From: an uncultured Muribaculaceae bacterium | Lineage (GTDB): Bacteria; Bacteroidota; Bacteroidia; Bacteroidales; Muribaculaceae | NCBI GenBank assembly: GCA_948960475.1 | Contig: CARDOI010000004.1 | Span: forward strand, 5,012 to 69,011 | DNA length: 64,000 bases | Reading direction: 5' to 3' | Shown: positions 31,172 to 40,011 of the stretch, piece by piece | How positions within the stretch are numbered: position 1 is the first letter of the stretch | How the letters are laid out: each line of letters begins with the position of its first letter | Made by a program: the position numbers and the translations under genes | Notes under the pieces: model-generated | The model's input: the letters and a program-made list of their open reading frames with translations, nothing else | Told to the model about the DNA's origin: nothing | The model's database searches: none

Positions 31172-32315
31172 GAATTTAAAACTGCATAATTTCAAATCGC
31201 ATAAGGACAGTGATTTTGCATTCAACAATCTGACTGTCCTTTGCGGAGCAAACGGCGTAGGAAAATCATCGGTGGTGCAGGCTTTGCTTGCATTGCGTGA
31301 ATCATATCTCGACAAATCCAATGCCTCCGAACTTCGCTATCTCAATCTGAAAACAGATGCCGTGAATCTGGGCGGAGTGAGAGACACCCTATACCAATTC
31401 GGAGACGACGATTTGATAACACTCGAAATCTCCACGGATTTACAGAATTTTCATTTCAATTTCCAGGCCGACACCCTAAGGAACCCGACAGCCACGATAA
31501 TCCCGGCAGCCCCGCAGGGCCATATCTACGACCATAGTCAGACTGACAAAGAAAGCCTTTTCAACAACAGCTGCCAATACATAAGCGCAGCACGTCTCGG
31601 CCCGCAGGAATCCTATCGGAAAAATGACGCAGTGGTCGTAATCCGCAATCAGATATCCGTGGAGGAAGGGAAGGCGGAGTTTTTCCTCCATTTCCTTGAC
31701 CATAACCGCTATCTGGATGTGATTCCTGCATTACGTCACCCCGATAGCGAAGCCACCGACCTTTTGTCGCAGACCACCGCCTGGGAACGGGAAATAAGCA
31801 AAAACGTGAATATCGTGGTTCAAGATGCACGTGACCTCGGCTACGAATTGCGTTACCAGTTCAGCACCGGCTCATCGGGACGCACCCAGGAATTCAAGGC
31901 CTCCAACGTGGGTTTCGGACTGACTTACGCAATGCCCATAATTGTGGCCCTCCTGTCAGCAACCCCAGGCAGCATCATTTTTATCGAAAATCCCGAAGCG
32001 CACCTCCATCCTGCCGGACAGTCAAAAATGGCTGCACTCATATGCCTTGCTGCACAAGCCGGAATACAGGTCGTTATCGAAACTCATAGCGACCACATCA
32101 TCAACGGCATCCTCGTTAAAATCAAGAATTTTGAAAACGGGCAAAATGGTATCGACCGCAAAAACGTATCGCTATTCCATATCAACCGCGATGACGAAAA
32201 CCATTGCAGTCACGCACATGAAATAAAAATAGACGAAGGAGGAATGATAACCTATGCCCCCGAAGGCTTTTTCGACCAATTTACAATCGACCGTCGCCTG
32301 TTGATGGGCTTTTAA
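31164..32315 (+). CDS. ABC-type AAA ATPase with DUF3696-like C-terminus
   Basis: ORF 31104..32315. The ATG at 31164 overlaps the upstream stop by 8 nt (ATGATTAG). It reads MIRNLKLHNFKSHKD...LCGANGVGKSS (Walker A), SIIFIENPEAHLHP (Walker B/D-loop), ETHSDH (H-loop) and a C-terminal YAPEGFFDQFTID tail. Confidence 0.85.
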   Translation: MIRNLKLHNFKSHKDSDFAFNNLTVLCGANGVGKSSVVQALLALRESYLDKSNASELRYLNLKTDAVNLGGVRDTLYQFGDDDLITLEISTDLQNFHFNFQADTLRNPTATIIPAAPQGHIYDHSQTDKESLFNNSCQYISAARLGPQESYRKNDAVVVIRNQISVEEGKAEFFLHFLDHNRYLDVIPALRHPDSEATDLLSQTTAWEREISKNVNIVVQDARDLGYELRYQFSTGSSGRTQEFKASNVGFGLTYAMPIIVALLSATPGSIIFIENPEAHLHPAGQSKMAALICLAAQAGIQVVIETHSDHIINGILVKIKNFENGQNGIDRKNVSLFHINRDDENHCSHAHEIKIDEGGMITYAPEGFFDQFTIDRRLLMGF

Positions 32316-32381
32316 CGGCCATTTCAGGGATGTCCGAAAACGTGACATTCCTTTACACTGACAAGACATCATAGGCAAAAC

Positions 32382-33140
32382 ATGTATCAAGACCTGCATT
32401 TCTATATTTTGCTTGACCCCAAGCAATATGCCGAAAATGGCAAAGCCTATTTGAATGAACTGTCTGTTTTAGTCAAATATGCTCGTGCGCATCATGCGCG
32501 CCTGTTCTATTTCCAAGAACAGATCGATAAAATCAAACAGGATGACCCTGATTTCGACAAAGGCCATATAATGTCAATGGCCAATATGCTCGATGTACTG
32601 TTGAGAGATGCTGTCCCTGCCAAAAAGCAGCCCCATCTGTTCAACATACATTACCATGAGGATGGCTCGTACCTGCAACCAGTTGAGCCATCGGGAATCA
32701 ATGCCCACCCCCATATTTCCGTGCTTCACAAGAAACAGCACCCCTACACCGAACATGTGTTGCGCCTGACCCAAACCGCACCCCCGGCGCTGATTCATCT
32801 GAACTTCCACAGTTCTCATATCAACATGATGAATTGGATTGTAGGTCTTTTTCCTCGCAATTTCAATTTATCCGACAAGCATGGCGAAAACGGGAAAGGC
32901 AACTGGCCGCACGAATCCGTACTCCTGTGTTCGGCCAGTGATGCACAATCATTGCTCAACACAGCGGTACCCTCAACCAAGTTCAAAGACAAACTCTATA
33001 ATTTCGATACCGCCCACCAGAAATTCATCGAACTTTATTACGAGGGAGACAACCCACAGCACCAATGGCATGGATTCCATGTAGCTGAAAAAGACATAAG
33101 AAGGGTTCCCGACGACATAAGAAAATATTTCAGTAAATAA
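32382..33140 (+). CDS. Hypothetical His-rich protein, third gene of the DUF262/ATPase cassette
   Basis: 252-aa ORF on the same strand, 66 nt after the ATPase gene, followed by a strong hairpin. No family recognised. The C-terminal block reads KHGENGKGNWPHESVLL...AQSLLNTAV...LYNFD...WHGFHV. Confidence 0.6.
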   Translation: MYQDLHFYILLDPKQYAENGKAYLNELSVLVKYARAHHARLFYFQEQIDKIKQDDPDFDKGHIMSMANMLDVLLRDAVPAKKQPHLFNIHYHEDGSYLQPVEPSGINAHPHISVLHKKQHPYTEHVLRLTQTAPPALIHLNFHSSHINMMNWIVGLFPRNFNLSDKHGENGKGNWPHESVLLCSASDAQSLLNTAVPSTKFKDKLYNFDTAHQKFIELYYEGDNPQHQWHGFHVAEKDIRRVPDDIRKYFSK

Positions 33141-33188
33141 AGCATAATACACTCGTCACAGATAAACATAACGGAATTTGCCAAAAGG

Positions 33189-33252
33189 GTGTTGCAATAA
33201 ACCCCGCGTTGCGATGCCTTCAGGCATCTTAACGCGGGGTTTATTGCAACAC
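33189..33252. terminator. Nested bidirectional hairpin (22-bp perfect stem with an inner 6-bp hairpin)
   Basis: gtgttgcaataaaccccgcgtt ... aacgcggggtttattgcaacac, with the inner hairpin gatgcc-ttca-ggcatc. It lies between convergent genes. Confidence 0.6.
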
Positions 33253-33261
33253 AATGTTTTA

Positions 33262-33876
33262 TCATTTACTGCGGTATTGCGGCAGCAAAGGGACAGGGAA
33301 TTTGGAGAAAAGGGTGGCGACGGCTTCATCTATCCCTTTAAGACTCTGATAACCATTGCCGCCACCATTGAGGATTGTAGCGACAGAAGCGGAATAAAGC
33401 GGAGTCTTGGTGTCGATGTTGACAAAATCCATCGTCAGCACACCTTCCTTATATATACCTGTGATGACCTGGGCATTGGAATAATAGGCCGGATTCCAGT
33501 AGGGCCCATAGTTATATCGAGGCCACATATAATAGGGATAATAGGGTCCGTTATATGGGAAATATCCTGCGGGGGGAACAAGCGGTTCAGTCTGAATCTC
33601 ACGCTGGGTTGTAACGGCGATATTCACCAGCAATGGAGAATCATCCGATTCGGTAAACCCACGCATAACCATCTCCTCACGTATGGCAGCTGCTATATTA
33701 TAATAAGTTACCAATTCCATGCCTGGAGGTAGCTTTCCCATCCCAGGCGTAACAATTCTGAATGTCGAATACTGCCGCAAATCGGCATCATTATACACCT
33801 CGTTATTGACCAGTGCATATGGGGAACATGCGGTCAGCATCGCGATAAGCCCTATAAGGCTAATTAGCTTTTTCAT
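33262..33876 (-). CDS. DUF4136-like lipoprotein
   Basis: Lipobox IAMLTACSP. The size and Tyr/Pro-rich middle region are consistent with DUF4136 family lipoproteins. Confidence 0.6.
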   Translation of the reverse strand: MKKLISLIGLIAMLTACSPYALVNNEVYNDADLRQYSTFRIVTPGMGKLPPGMELVTYYNIAAAIREEMVMRGFTESDDSPLLVNIAVTTQREIQTEPLVPPAGYFPYNGPYYPYYMWPRYNYGPYWNPAYYSNAQVITGIYKEGVLTMDFVNIDTKTPLYSASVATILNGGGNGYQSLKGIDEAVATLFSKFPVPLLPQYRSK

Positions 33877-33970
33877 ATCAATGGCGAGTTAAAACGTTAA
33901 TTCACACAAGCATTCACTCTTTTGGGTATAACACTTGAAGAAAACGTAAAGTTCCAGCCATTTCAGCCGG

Positions 33971-35455
33971 TCAGCCCACCATAAATTTAACGGAATCTCC
34001 GTTTGCCGAAACCACATACATGCCCGGCGACAACTCCACATTTACATGGCAATCATCCCCCTCTATATGAAACAGGCCGACAGTACGTCCCGCCAAATCG
34101 AAAATCCGCACCACACCTTTGCCGCCATCCTGTATCCCGGTCAACGTCAAGAATCCATTTTCATAACGCGCTCCCATTCCACAACTCGTGCCAGGAGCCT
34201 CCGTTAGCTCCATGCCGGCGATGTCATAAGCAGGGAAGAGAAACATCCCGGGAAACCAGTAGGCCCGTTCCATCGGATAATCACGTATGGCCGTGCCGTC
34301 GGCACGGCATTTCCTGACCATATATTGCGTGGACACAACATCTTTGAACAGTGTCAGATACAACGTTCCGTCAGCTGGATCTATCCCCAACGACGGGCAG
34401 CACACTTTCCATTGGTCGTCATCATCACTGAAATCCAATATGCGTGTTGCCCTCTCCGCGTCCACATCAAACCTGAACACCTCCATATTGGCAAACCAGT
34501 TGTCAGCTCCCCCGGTCCAGTAAATCTCATTTGAATAGCGCGATGCCCGAAAAGTATCAGCACTCCATGCAGCCCACGACGTAGAAGGCCCGTAAACACC
34601 TTCTGGCAAAGGCTCCACCGATGTTTCCAGTGTAGACGGGTCAATCCTGACCAATTTATCAATGGCCGTATAGTAATCATAGGTTTCGTCATACTCCGCC
34701 ACACTGCACCACAACGAACCATCCTTGGATTTCACTATCGAACCTATTATAGCATCAGGCGCGGCACAATCCATTGTTATCACCCGTTCAACAACATCCA
34801 GCACCGGGTCAATCACCAGTACTCCTTTCGACTGATGAGCGGCAAACACCTTCCCCTCTGCCTGCACCATTGCCCCGCATTGCCCGAAGTAAAGCGCACT
34901 GGTAGGGTCACCCACAGGTTTGTTGTCAGTACCGTTGGGATTTTCACTTCCATCCACCTGACCGATGACCGACAAGTTCCGAAGGTCAATCGCCCATATG
35001 CCATTGCTAGACGAGACATATCCCTTATCGGCATCCAACCCAAGGAAAGCACGTCCGCACGCCCGAGCGCCCGAGGGGTCAAGCGCATCAATCTGTCCTT
35101 CCCATCGCAATGTGGCACCGTCCATCACAGTCAGTATTCCTCCTGCAACCGATGACGCAGGGTCTTTGTCGAGCTTGGAAACGACATACAGTTTCCCATC
35201 ATGATACTCCCCGTAGCATGGCGTGCATCCGAGTTCGCGTCCGGGATTCACTTCCCGGAACACCCTATATTGCCAGAAATCGGTTTCCTTTCCAGGTTGC
35301 AGGAAATTCAGGGTACCGCTACCCTTCCCATATTGACTTTCATTGACAATCACAATTCCATCCTTGTAATCCTCAACAGCCGTTGCCGCCGGGCTTCCGT
35401 AAACGGCCACGACAAATGCACATGCGAGATATGATTTTTTCATCATAGGTACCAC
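33971..35455 (-). CDS. YncE/DUF5074-like beta-propeller protein with T9SS C-terminal sorting domain
   Basis: Signal peptide present. IVIVNESQYGKGSGTLNFL matches the NEGnfG..gsL propeller start motif. The C-terminal VVRIFDLAGRTVGLFHI...LSPGMYVVSANGDSVKFMVG resembles a Por secretion tail. Confidence 0.6.
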   Translation of the reverse strand: MVPMMKKSYLACAFVVAVYGSPAATAVEDYKDGIVIVNESQYGKGSGTLNFLQPGKETDFWQYRVFREVNPGRELGCTPCYGEYHDGKLYVVSKLDKDPASSVAGGILTVMDGATLRWEGQIDALDPSGARACGRAFLGLDADKGYVSSSNGIWAIDLRNLSVIGQVDGSENPNGTDNKPVGDPTSALYFGQCGAMVQAEGKVFAAHQSKGVLVIDPVLDVVERVITMDCAAPDAIIGSIVKSKDGSLWCSVAEYDETYDYYTAIDKLVRIDPSTLETSVEPLPEGVYGPSTSWAAWSADTFRASRYSNEIYWTGGADNWFANMEVFRFDVDAERATRILDFSDDDDQWKVCCPSLGIDPADGTLYLTLFKDVVSTQYMVRKCRADGTAIRDYPMERAYWFPGMFLFPAYDIAGMELTEAPGTSCGMGARYENGFLTLTGIQDGGKGVVRIFDLAGRTVGLFHIEGDDCHVNVELSPGMYVVSANGDSVKFMVG

Positions 35456-35477
35456 AAAAGGTGTTTTAAATTGTAAT

Positions 35478-36680
35478 TCAATACTCCCGAAGCAAATGCA
35501 AATCCTGCGCCCGGGAAATCTCGGTCGATGTCTCCCCTATCCAATTGCAATATTGATTCAGGGCAGTGTAAACGCGAATAAAATCCACTCCGGGAAGATG
35601 CACAGGCATCCCATAGGAATCAACCGCCCAACCTATATCGAAACTGCATAAGTCGGCATTGTAATTGGGATGATTATCCACATATCCCCACGGATAACTG
35701 TTCAACTGGAAATAACGGCCATTGCCGTATACATCCAACGCATTGTCGGCCAAACGCGAACCGGTGAATGCCAATTCGTCGGCATCAAGCCATTTGGGAA
35801 AATAATCCTGTGTATGCTGAAAGTTCCTGGCAATATATCCGCTTTCGCCCAATGAATCATGCCAAGGTATATACTCCGCATCAAGAATATAAGGTCCCTG
35901 CGGAACAGCGGGCTTAGAGGAATCAGGCCGTCTGTAGGTAATTGAATAATCGTGTAGGGTCAACGCCGATGAATACTCGCTACCGGCAAGCTCATACCAC
36001 GGATCATCAGGCAGTCCGTTGCCGTTTGCATCCAATGCAACCATTACAATGCCCGGCTCACACGAACCGGCCTTCAGCTCCTCAAAACCCTCCTCATAGA
36101 ACGCATTCCCAAGAATCATAAAATCTTTTTCCCCTTCAACGTTCACAACCGTGTGGTCGAATCCGAAAGTTATATACCCACCGAATCCACCCAGCGACAC
36201 AAGTTCATCGGCCGTCCCGGCAATCGAAGCCTCCGCCTTGGCAATCATATCCGTTTCCCTGTCCCCCGCTTTCCACACAGGCATCTTGTTGATAAACTGC
36301 CCTGGTGCCGGACGATATTCATAAACCCGCGAAAGATACGGGCTGTACTCGATTTCTTCTTCCACAACAATCACCTGGAAATCCTGTCGGAACGGAGCAT
36401 CGGAATCAAGGATTTCAAACTTCAGATGAAACACCCCCTCGCAATCCGAAACAAACATACAGTCGCGTGAAGCCGACAGGACGCGTTCCTTTCCATCGGG
36501 AGACACAGATGTCCAGCGGCATGCCTCACCCGTAAGTTCAGAGCGCAACCGAAGTAGCTGCATCCGATAAACCCGGTATGATTCATCTATGCCCGACTCA
36601 ACCATCGGCACATTGTCCTTACAGCAACAAATACCCGGTGCCGCCAGCAGCATTACAATAGATCTCCACCAACCACTCAT
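35478..36680 (-). CDS. Putative cell-surface lipoprotein (unknown family) in the TonB-receptor locus
   Basis: ORF 35478..36755. The ATG at 36680 overlaps the upstream stop as ATGA. It reads MSGWWRSIVMLLAAPGICCC (lipobox-like), with LVSLGGFGGYITFGFDH and NGNGLPDDPWYEL blocks. Confidence 0.55.
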   Translation of the reverse strand: MSGWWRSIVMLLAAPGICCCKDNVPMVESGIDESYRVYRMQLLRLRSELTGEACRWTSVSPDGKERVLSASRDCMFVSDCEGVFHLKFEILDSDAPFRQDFQVIVVEEEIEYSPYLSRVYEYRPAPGQFINKMPVWKAGDRETDMIAKAEASIAGTADELVSLGGFGGYITFGFDHTVVNVEGEKDFMILGNAFYEEGFEELKAGSCEPGIVMVALDANGNGLPDDPWYELAGSEYSSALTLHDYSITYRRPDSSKPAVPQGPYILDAEYIPWHDSLGESGYIARNFQHTQDYFPKWLDADELAFTGSRLADNALDVYGNGRYFQLNSYPWGYVDNHPNYNADLCSFDIGWAVDSYGMPVHLPGVDFIRVYTALNQYCNWIGETSTEISRAQDLHLLREY

Positions 36681-37882
36681 CGGCAATCCTCCTCTCCATC
36701 CTTTTTCATCAAAAATGCGAGACATGCCGGAATATCGCCGGTACGAACACTCCATTTTTTCTTTCCGTTCTTATCGAAGCAATACAGCACCCCCGAACTG
36801 ACATAATTCCTGGCGTCTGTAAGGAAAATATCCCCGGTTTCAGGATGCACCGCAATCCCATATGGGATTGCGATATTTTTATCCGTACCGTCGGAAATGA
36901 AATTATCGGTAATCACTTCCCCAGTGTTCACATCCACCACGCCATATGACACATGATTGCTCTGGGTCTCATTATTCCACCCTGCTGCGAAATAATACAT
37001 AAGGCCACCGTGAATGGCAAGATTGGAACAAGGCACCTCCAGTTCAAGCGACACTTCATATTCCCCTGTCAGCGCACTCTTTTCCAGTTTGAACAACCGG
37101 GACGGGATATTCCCGTTATTTCCACGAGACGTGACCCACAGACCGCCATATCCGTCTTTCCTTATTCTATGCAGATTTATGGCTACCGGAATCTGCCGCA
37201 CCTGGCGAAAGCTTTCAAGGCTCACGACCGAAATCGTGTAATCATAGTCCGGTGCCCTGTATCCCCCGGAATTGGCAATATACAGGTACCCGTCGGCAAT
37301 CTCCATCTCTTCGGGCTGATACCCAACAGTCACCCGTCGTGTTATCGTCAGTGTCTCCACATCAATTTCATATACCATCCCTTTCGGAGCCTCGGGATTT
37401 ATCTGCACCGGGCCTACATAGGAGCTTACATAGGCCTTCCCATCATAAAACCGTATGTAACGACAATTGGGGATGTCGAGCTGCCCCACACGTATGCCTG
37501 TACCGGCATCCATAACCTCCACTTTATGGGAACAATTTATGACCGCATACAACCGCCCACGATACACCTGCAAATCATTCCCCACATCTCCGAGCTCCTT
37601 TACAACATTCGGGTTACGCTCGGCATATATGTTTCGGCTGAACATTCCCGTGGTATAGTCATAATAATCGAGGCTGCATTTATTGGACCCCATATTGCCT
37701 TCATTAAGAAGATAAAATCCCCTGACGGAAGAATCCGGGAGCATTTCACCCACCGGCTCCTGCTCCGACGGCACCACCACCTCGTCGCCACGGCAACCTG
37801 CTGATGGCAACAACAATGCCACCACACATATGTGCATAATCACGTTGAGCAATCGCATGAATTTGTTCGGCAGACTCATCAT
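36677..37882 (-). CDS. YncE/DUF5074-like beta-propeller surface lipoprotein
   Basis: Lipobox LLLPSAGC. GFYLLNEGNMGSNKCSLDYYD is the propeller start motif, and repeated blade-like segments follow. It lies immediately downstream of the TonB-dependent receptor. Confidence 0.65.
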   Translation of the reverse strand: MMSLPNKFMRLLNVIMHICVVALLLPSAGCRGDEVVVPSEQEPVGEMLPDSSVRGFYLLNEGNMGSNKCSLDYYDYTTGMFSRNIYAERNPNVVKELGDVGNDLQVYRGRLYAVINCSHKVEVMDAGTGIRVGQLDIPNCRYIRFYDGKAYVSSYVGPVQINPEAPKGMVYEIDVETLTITRRVTVGYQPEEMEIADGYLYIANSGGYRAPDYDYTISVVSLESFRQVRQIPVAINLHRIRKDGYGGLWVTSRGNNGNIPSRLFKLEKSALTGEYEVSLELEVPCSNLAIHGGLMYYFAAGWNNETQSNHVSYGVVDVNTGEVITDNFISDGTDKNIAIPYGIAVHPETGDIFLTDARNYVSSGVLYCFDKNGKKKWSVRTGDIPACLAFLMKKDGEEDCR

Positions 37883-37886
37883 AGGT

Positions 37887-39926
37887 TCACATCTCTACGG
37901 AAAGGGTAACCCTGAAGTTCCGTTTGGGCATCGGATAGTTGGCAATCACATCATAATCCTGGTTCAGCAAGTTGCTGACCTCTACAAGAGCACGCATATT
38001 AACGTTATTAACCTTCAAATCCTTGCTCACAGAAACATCCGATGTATACCATGGCTGGGTATAATTGTACAATATGTTTTCCTGCTGGTTATATCGTTCA
38101 CCCACATAAATGAAGCTATAGTTCAAGCCCCAGCCCCGCCAGGACGCATTCAACACGGCTGAACCGCTGTGGCGCGGGATATAGGGAATCTGGTCGCGAT
38201 AATAACTGTCGGCAGGATTGGTTATGTCGATGGCCTCCTGAAAAGTGTATTGCCCCCGCACAGTAAGTTCAAGCGAACTCACCGGGTTGACGGTAACGGC
38301 TGCGGAGACATCAATTCCCTTTATCCTTACTTTCCCGAGATTCAGCATTGTCCACCTGAACTGCTGCCCTTTCGGATATGCTATAATCTTATCCGTGACA
38401 TGATTAAGATAAGCATCGGCACTGATACGGTAACCGCGTAGAAGCCCGGACCGGAAACTTCTGTCAACCAATGCGCCAACATTCCATTGCGTCACTTTTT
38501 CAGGGTCGAGACGGGAATTACCCATGTCGGCATAGTAAAGGTCGTTGAATGTCGGCATACGGAAGGACTGCTTGAAAAAAGCCCGCAACTCAAATGCCTT
38601 GAAACCGCGCAACGGCATAACCGACAAGTAGGCAGCAGGTGTACACTGGCCTTGCTTTTTAGTATCGCCCGAATCAGCCACTTTGTCGCGTATGAATGTA
38701 CCGAGCACACTTGCCTGGAATTTCAATTGCGGCAAATTCAGAGCCGTAGCTATCGACAACAAATGTGTATACCTGTCCGGGCGCAAGAAATCACGCATAT
38801 CCGTTTCCAGGCTGTTCCATTGGAAATCATAACTTGCCGAAACATGCCACATGCGCATTATGCGGAACTGATTGGCGGTGGAAAGATATAACTCCCGCTG
38901 CCGGTAAAGATTGTCCACCCTCACCTGCCGCTCATCGTTGTTCACATAATGAGTGCGGTAAAACGCATATTTGGCATTGAACAAAGTGGAGAATCTTCCC
39001 GCCATGCGCCGGTAACTCCCCTGCACAAAAGAGTTATTGTCCCACTGACGCTCACCGCGCCGCCACACATTATTGACAATAGCCCCGGGGATGCCCCTTT
39101 CCGAATTATAGTGATACCCTTTGAGATGCCATTCGCCGTTATCAAAACTTCCGTTAAGATTCAATTCAAGACGCATGGCTTCTATGTCACCATTTTGTCG
39201 TACCGCCGTGGTATCATAAGCAATCTCTCCCGCAGGATTCACACGCCTGTAGCGGAACTTATATTTTCCCGACGATGAAATCCATTCACCGCTCAACGAA
39301 GCATTTACCGATGGAGACAACTGCAATTCAACCAAAGCCGACGGATTAAGAAGGTCGAAAGAGCCGAACCGTACCGCACCTTTAGCGTTATAGCTTTTAG
39401 TTCCATCGAACCGCGGGGTGCGGGTGCGCATATACACCGCACCGGCATTGCCGAAATCCCTGGCAGGCTGCAGTATTTCACTTTTCTGACCGTTATACAA
39501 CGAAATAGCTTCTATGTTGTCCAATGAAAATTGCCCCAGGTCGATTTGTCCGTTCTGGGCATTCCCCAGTGCCACGCCATCATATACCACCCCGGTATGG
39601 TTGGTGCCCATGGAACGGATATTAACCGTTTTTATACCCCCTACACCCCCATAATCCTTTACCTGCACACCTGAAAAATATCGCAACGCATCGGCCACGC
39701 TATTGGAATTAAGCTTTTCAAGCTGCTTCCCGTCAAGCCGTTGTGCCGGAATAATTTCCTCCTTCGGCCTTGTCGCCGTAACCTCAACTTCTGGCAATGC
39801 CACGCTGTCACGCAGTTCCTGGCCATAAGCCTTATGACCGATGACCACTGTCAGAATCACGGCAACCGCATGGATTATATAGTATAAATTATTTTTGAAA
39901 CCCATTCTGTCAAACATCAGCTCCAT
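37887..39926 (-). CDS. TonB-dependent receptor (BtuB-sized, about 680 aa)
   Basis: Plug domain: EVEVTATRP...SVADALRYFSGVQVKDYGGVGGIKTVNIRSMGTNHTGVVYDGV. The C-terminal barrel ends ...RNFRVTLSVEM. A TACCTTTG -7-like box at 39933..39940 suggests the real start may be a downstream Met. Confidence 0.9.
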   Translation of the reverse strand: MELMFDRMGFKNNLYYIIHAVAVILTVVIGHKAYGQELRDSVALPEVEVTATRPKEEIIPAQRLDGKQLEKLNSNSVADALRYFSGVQVKDYGGVGGIKTVNIRSMGTNHTGVVYDGVALGNAQNGQIDLGQFSLDNIEAISLYNGQKSEILQPARDFGNAGAVYMRTRTPRFDGTKSYNAKGAVRFGSFDLLNPSALVELQLSPSVNASLSGEWISSSGKYKFRYRRVNPAGEIAYDTTAVRQNGDIEAMRLELNLNGSFDNGEWHLKGYHYNSERGIPGAIVNNVWRRGERQWDNNSFVQGSYRRMAGRFSTLFNAKYAFYRTHYVNNDERQVRVDNLYRQRELYLSTANQFRIMRMWHVSASYDFQWNSLETDMRDFLRPDRYTHLLSIATALNLPQLKFQASVLGTFIRDKVADSGDTKKQGQCTPAAYLSVMPLRGFKAFELRAFFKQSFRMPTFNDLYYADMGNSRLDPEKVTQWNVGALVDRSFRSGLLRGYRISADAYLNHVTDKIIAYPKGQQFRWTMLNLGKVRIKGIDVSAAVTVNPVSSLELTVRGQYTFQEAIDITNPADSYYRDQIPYIPRHSGSAVLNASWRGWGLNYSFIYVGERYNQQENILYNYTQPWYTSDVSVSKDLKVNNVNMRALVEVSNLLNQDYDVIANYPMPKRNFRVTLSVEM

Positions 39927-40011
39927 CTACCGCAAAGGTAGCCATTTCCGCCGACAATAGCAATCGGCAAAACACAACACGGAAACAACCACAAAGACCA
40001 CCTCAACAATC

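Noticed and set aside
39927-40011. I looked for a cobalamin riboswitch upstream of the BtuB-like TonB-dependent receptor.
   Set aside because: The spacer to the upstream gene is only about 85 nt, which is too short for a cobalamin riboswitch, and I saw no B12-box-like sequence. It holds only a small hairpin and a TACCTTTG -7-like box.
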